From positions 190,790-254,789 of the forward strand of contig NIVC01001654.1 in the NCBI GenBank assembly GCA_002269645.1: 64,000 nt of DNA, written 5' to 3'. This document shows, piece by piece, positions 59,522-64,000 of this stretch; the first letter of the stretch is position 1, and each line of letters opens with the position of its first letter. A program made the translations under genes and the position numbers. The notes beneath the pieces are model-generated. The model was given only the letters and a program-made list of their open reading frames with translations. It ran no database searches and was not told the origin of the DNA. The DNA comes from Macrostomum lignano (Eukaryota).

Positions 59522-59961
59522 CTATTTTATAGAGTCTAAAATAGTCTTAAATACTTCGGGGTTTACACGAGCTTCATTCGAAAGTCGATATAAAAAATAC
59601 AACGCCGCTTGCCGCAATAACTTTTATCAAAGGTTTGAAATTGTTCGTGATGATCTCCACATAAACGATTTTTAGTATGATTAAATTTATCTTTTATTTC
59701 CTGTAACGGAGGAAGCGCGTATGAATCAAAAAAATAAACAAGTTTTGGTTTTGAATAAACTGCTGACCAATGAACACCATTTTCTTTTGTTGTTTCAATA
59801 TTAACAATGAAACATCCATATTGTGGTAAGTCTTTGATCTCATCTCGCATAACACATCTGAATGGTTTTATTTTTAACTGCCTCGCCCAATTTGTTAATT
59901 CGATATTGCTTGTTGTGTCTGTTCCATATCGTTGTTTAAAATCATCCCACGTCATGGTCAT
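59522..59961 (-). CDS. Adenain-like cysteine maturation protease
   Basis: IVNIETTKENGVHW (His), YFFDSY (Asp), EQFQ (Gln), SYCG (Cys); frameshift near the C-terminus. Confidence 0.92.
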
Positions 59962-60186
59962 TTTATGTTCCTGAAAAACTCTTGGTTTTAGTTAGTTTCG
60001 TAGGTGTGGGTTTTAACAATTCCTTTCTTATTTTATCAGCTTGTAACTGCCTTAATTTTGCTAGTTCTAGTTCGTAATTATCTTCAGCTTTTTTTAACTT
60101 TTTCTGATTGTTTTTTTAGTAAATTATTATTATTACCCATTTTTACTATACATTGCAAACACGCGATACGTTTTATCAAACCTGTT

Positions 60187-60958
60187 TTATCGTAAAATTA
60201 TTGTTATTGATTGCCCACCAAAACTTATTAATCTATCGCTTTCATCTACAATCCTAATATAAATTGATTGAACATTATATTGATTTAATGGGTAATATAT
60301 TGGGGTTTGAGGTGATACAATCATTTTCTCTCCAATTGGAACAGCAAGAAATGGGATTGAATAAATAATTCCACGTTGAACCAAAACTCCGTTATCGTCT
60401 GTTATATAACCACCGTTTGAAATGTCGGTTGTTATATTAATTGTATTTACTCCACCCTCTATATTTCCAACTGTATCACCGGTGCTTGATGTGGTAACTA
60501 TTCGGGAATTAAATCCAAGTATGGTTCTGAGTGAATTTGCAATTGTGAAATCAACCTGATATCCGGATCCTAGTGATAGTGTGAATCTGCCAGACGGTAA
60601 ATCACAACCTATAACAATTGCTCCTGCTACCAATCACCATTAGTTGTTAATTCTCCTTCTATATAAGCATTCAAATCAGTATAGCTATACGCTCCTGGGT
60701 TAACGCTAAATGTTGTCCAATTGGCTCCGGAATCTTTAGAATATCTAAATTGATTATTTGTTGCATTAATTAATTGAGGCATGTTGAAAACCGAAAATAG
60801 TATTAAACCTATTTGATACTTAGGCTTTGATCAAGTTGTAATGGATCGCGCAATTGAATCCGTTGCTCGCTGGTTGTCATTATAAACTGTAATGTTGTAC
60901 TAAATTTTGAATTAGTTCGATCTACCAATTGTTTTATAGTATCTAAATTTGTAGCCAT
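60187..60958 (-). CDS. Minor capsid (penton, single jelly-roll) protein, frameshifted
   Basis: ATG 60958; LRTILGFN, VNTINITTDI..GGY, IYSIP..VPIGEKMIVSP..IYYPL, IRIVDESDRLISFGGQSITIIL. Confidence 0.85.
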
Positions 60959-61034
60959 TTTTATAGTGGAAGAATCGGACGAAGTCCGCGTTCCGAAGGA
61001 ACGATCGAACGAAGTTCGCGACCCTATGGGGCGA

Positions 61035-61779
61035 TCATTCTTCTTCCTCATCGTCTTCTTTTATAAGATCTTTTAAGGTTCGATTTTTCCTTTCTAACCT
61101 CGGATTGATATAAATATGTTTGTATTGGCTATCATCCCAAATTTTTTTACACATACTTTTAAATGGTTTTGCATCCAATCCGGGATTAAATCTCGCGTGA
61201 ATATTTTGTAAATCATAATTATCTAACAACAACTTGCATTCTTTTTTATAATCGATTCTAATTCTCTAAAGGACTGTGTAGATAAAAAGCTCCAATTCCA
61301 TCTCCTCTACCACTAACAAAAATTTCCTTTTGCAATTCTTGATCACCGTCATTAATACAATCATCAAAAATAATTAGTGTTTTATCATGTTTTGGAATTT
61401 GATCATAGGCTAATCGGGTTGATACTTAACAGTTGGGGCGCGATCGGTGATGTTTTCTGGCTGTTGTGCCATTGTTTTACATAAATCCTCAATGTCTGAG
61501 ATTAAATCGCGGTTCGTCATCATCCTCATATTGCTCATATGCTCTTAACATTCTAAACAAGACATCTTTTTTTAATTTGTTTTTTAATCCATGTTTAAGA
61601 AATTCATAATATTTTATTCTAGGTTTATTAGTATAAATTATTAAATTATTATAGTCTAACATTCCATCTGTTGTTAATAAATCGTAAACAAAGTGTGTTT
61701 TTCCTTTACCTGATCCTCCGATTACTAAACAAAGAAAAGGATCATTTGGAAATATCTTATCGTGTTTTGCCTTTACCAT
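61035..61779 (-). CDS. A32/FtsK-like genome packaging ATPase, frameshifted
   Basis: Walker A GGSGKGKT; Walker B TLIIFDD (61361-61380); SGR motif; C-terminal IYIN. Confidence 0.92.
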
Positions 61780-61781
61780 TT

Positions 61782-63294
61782 TTAAAGAAATAATTTAAAT
61801 AGGCGCGACGGTCGGAGACCTGCGCCGCTTACAAGCGGGGCGTCCCGAACAATCGTGCCATCAGCTTTAGCAATTGACATATATTCCTCTAGAAACAATA
61901 CGTGGGCGTCAAGTGCCTGATTACCGGTTTTATTAATCTCTAACATATAATTAAGTCCAATATTGGCTACGTTTTCTTTCTGTGCCGTTAGATCATAAAC
62001 AACCACTGGATGAATGTTTAGAAACTCTGTGGGTGTGTACTGAGGGACGGCATACGCTTCATTTTTAGCATAATCTTGATAATATTTTATAAAATCATTA
62101 ACATTATTATTTGCTATATTTAAATTTAGGTCTTTAACCGGATAATATTGATCATCAACCTGCAGGCGGATATTCTGAACATTAAACTCGTTAATAGCTG
62201 CAGCCGCATTGTCTGTTGCGGTGGCTGCTTGTTCTGCTATGGCACCGGATTGAAGCAATATAAATCCCCATTTGCTCTTTTACTCCTTCTATTTGTTATC
62301 TTAAACCAAACAAAAATATATCTCACCCGACGTTTTGATGTCAGTATTTGCCACTGGAATGAATCCTGTTGTTATTAATGGTTCGCATAAATGTCGACGA
62401 TTCAAATAAAATATTTCCTGATCATGCGTTAACTGATTATCGATGTGTTTTAAAAGTGGGGCTGTTACCTCAATAGTTGGTACGACTAATTGAATTGAAT
62501 CTATACGAACTGCTATATCGGTTGAAATTGAGGTTCCATAAAGTATCCTAGGCTGATATCCACAGATATTTGCAACTGTATCCCAAATTTTAATCCTTTC
62601 CATACCCGATTTGGTGAGAAGAACCCAAATAGTGGAAAGATTGAAAAGTCCTGCTCATATGCTGTTGCTGTGGTTAAAACCGCGACTGGGAATTTATTCT
62701 GACGATCTATAAAACCAGTATTAATATCTTTTGTATTAGTCATAGTGGTTACAACTGGAACTATGTTTGTATTAAGGTAAACAATTAGCGCTGCAGTATC
62801 TGCACCGGCTGCGTTTTGTACATTAGGGAAAACTACTGCTTGCCGTTACCTTTATCCGGCATCCACCCAACATTATCACCAACTTGTTTTGATAAATAAG
62901 TATAATTTAAATGTTTCAAAACTCCATTAATCTCTGCGGGGTTTGATGATGTCTCAACCTCAGCACCATTAACAGTTAGTTGAGCTTGGGAAAAACATTT
63001 ATAAAACCAATCATTTTCTATTATTATTCCGGATCGATCTGCGATATCTCCGGCTGCAAGAGCAGTTCCATCATTTCTAGTATACAACCATCTAACGCGG
63101 AAAAACGCATTTTTCATATCCAATATAGTGTTGGTTGCGCCGATGTCAAAAGTTACCGTTCCAGTAGTAAAGTTATTTGAATTATCACTTGTTGGTAGGG
63201 TATAATTTAAATCTCTTGCTCTGACCTCATTAATATACTGTCGGTGCTTTTTGAAATGAAATTTATCACTCCACATAGTTTTTGTTTCAGCCAT
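61782..63294 (-). CDS. Major capsid protein (double jelly-roll), in four frameshifted pieces
   Basis: FSQAQLTVNGAEVE; QYYPVKDLNLNI..EFLNIHPVVVYDLTAQKE; pieces 62833-63294, 62513-62743, 62301-62603, 61782-62258 total ~500 aa; sits next to the ATPase and penton genes. Confidence 0.88.
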
Positions 63295-63327
63295 TTTTTT
63301 AAGTTAAAAATTTTTTTATGTTAAAAA

Positions 63328-64000
63328 ATGAGTCAATTTATGGACGTTGATGGAGAGTTAGCGATTTATAAAGAGAAGCAAAGATATTCTGATTTTGTTA
63401 GAAATTTACAAAAAAGAAAGTTAGGAATACAATTAGCTGGCGAAAGATTTGCTGCTCCTTTTGTTAATCCTATTACGGGAAAATTAGTGAACTAGAAAAA
63501 CAGATAAAGATCTTCTGGAAAAAATTGCTAAAAATACGGAGCCAAAAGAGGATGAAATTTTGGATGAGCCGCCTGCTTATGATGTTGATCAAGCATATTG
63601 AGTTGCAGAGATTAGACGTGCAGCAGAGGGGTGGAGTTGAACAATATCCAAGAGTACCACGTAGTATTGCTGCGACAGATTTAGGTAATAATTATCGAAT
63701 TGGACGTTTTAAAGATCGAAATGAACTATATAGAGAATTGGGTGGGCATTTAATATTATTACGCCTAGGGTAAAATTTAACCCTGATTTATATACTAGGG
63801 ATGAATTAATAAGTGCTAGAATTTTTTATGATGAGTTAGGAGGAGCTTTAAAAATACAGCTTGTATAAATGGATTGTTAATTCTATAAATAACAAACCAG
63901 TGTTGGTGATGGATTAAAACACCCGAAAACTTGTTTTAGCTGCTGCGAAAGCTGCTGGAAAGACTGGAGATTAATTAATTGTTAAATTTATTTTTTTATA
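63328..64000 (+). CDS. Hypothetical Polinton protein, divergent from the capsid gene, multiply frameshifted, runs off the window
   Basis: ATG 63328 MSQFMDVDGELAIYKEKQRY..; continuing fragments include ORF 63525-63773. Confidence 0.4.

Larger units (their letters stand above)
49129..64000. mobile_element. Polinton/Maverick (adintovirus-like endogenous dsDNA virus); left end in window, continues past the right edge
   Basis: AGTAGT terminus; abrupt change to AT-rich, intron-less, gene-dense DNA; pPolB, adenain protease, A32-like ATPase, major and minor jelly-roll capsid genes. Confidence 0.95.

Noticed and set aside
49129-64000. Calling the element an integrase-less Polinton-like virus
   Set aside because: It runs off the window; the integrase could lie to the right, and the AGTAGT end with a clean junction suggests integrase-mediated insertion.

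Overview
Eukaryotic (metazoan) genomic DNA: GT-AG introns, TTAGGG repeats and many minisatellites. The style is reminiscent of a free-living flatworm such as Macrostomum, but that is inference and not verified. 1-31 kb: tandem repeats, LINE and Gypsy relics, a frameshifted hnRNP-A-like RRM fragment, a partial GPCR, a two-exon secreted WSC+PAN/Apple gene, and a minus-strand cluster of three Mab-21/cGAS-like receptor (cGLR) paralogs. Copy 1 is a complete ankyrin-cGLR fusion (906 aa after splicing), copy 2 has lost its catalytic half, and copy 3 keeps the catalytic exon but has no ankyrin exon in view. 30.7-49.1 kb: a terminal relic of a Polinton, then a foldback segment with ~1.15-kb arms whose left arm is interrupted by a head-to-tail trimer of a non-autonomous Helitron inflated by 21-23-bp minisatellites. 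49,129 to the window end: an AT-rich Polinton/Maverick (adintovirus-like) endogenous virus starting AGTAGT. It encodes pPolB, an adenain-like protease, a packaging ATPase, major and minor capsid proteins, putative protease-processed core/membrane precursors, and an unusual fibre with phage-tail repeats, a discoidin (F5/8C) domain and an L-type lectin head. The integrase and right terminus are not in the window. The viral frameshifts I traced are single-base losses in homopolymer runs, so the element may be intact in the real genome.
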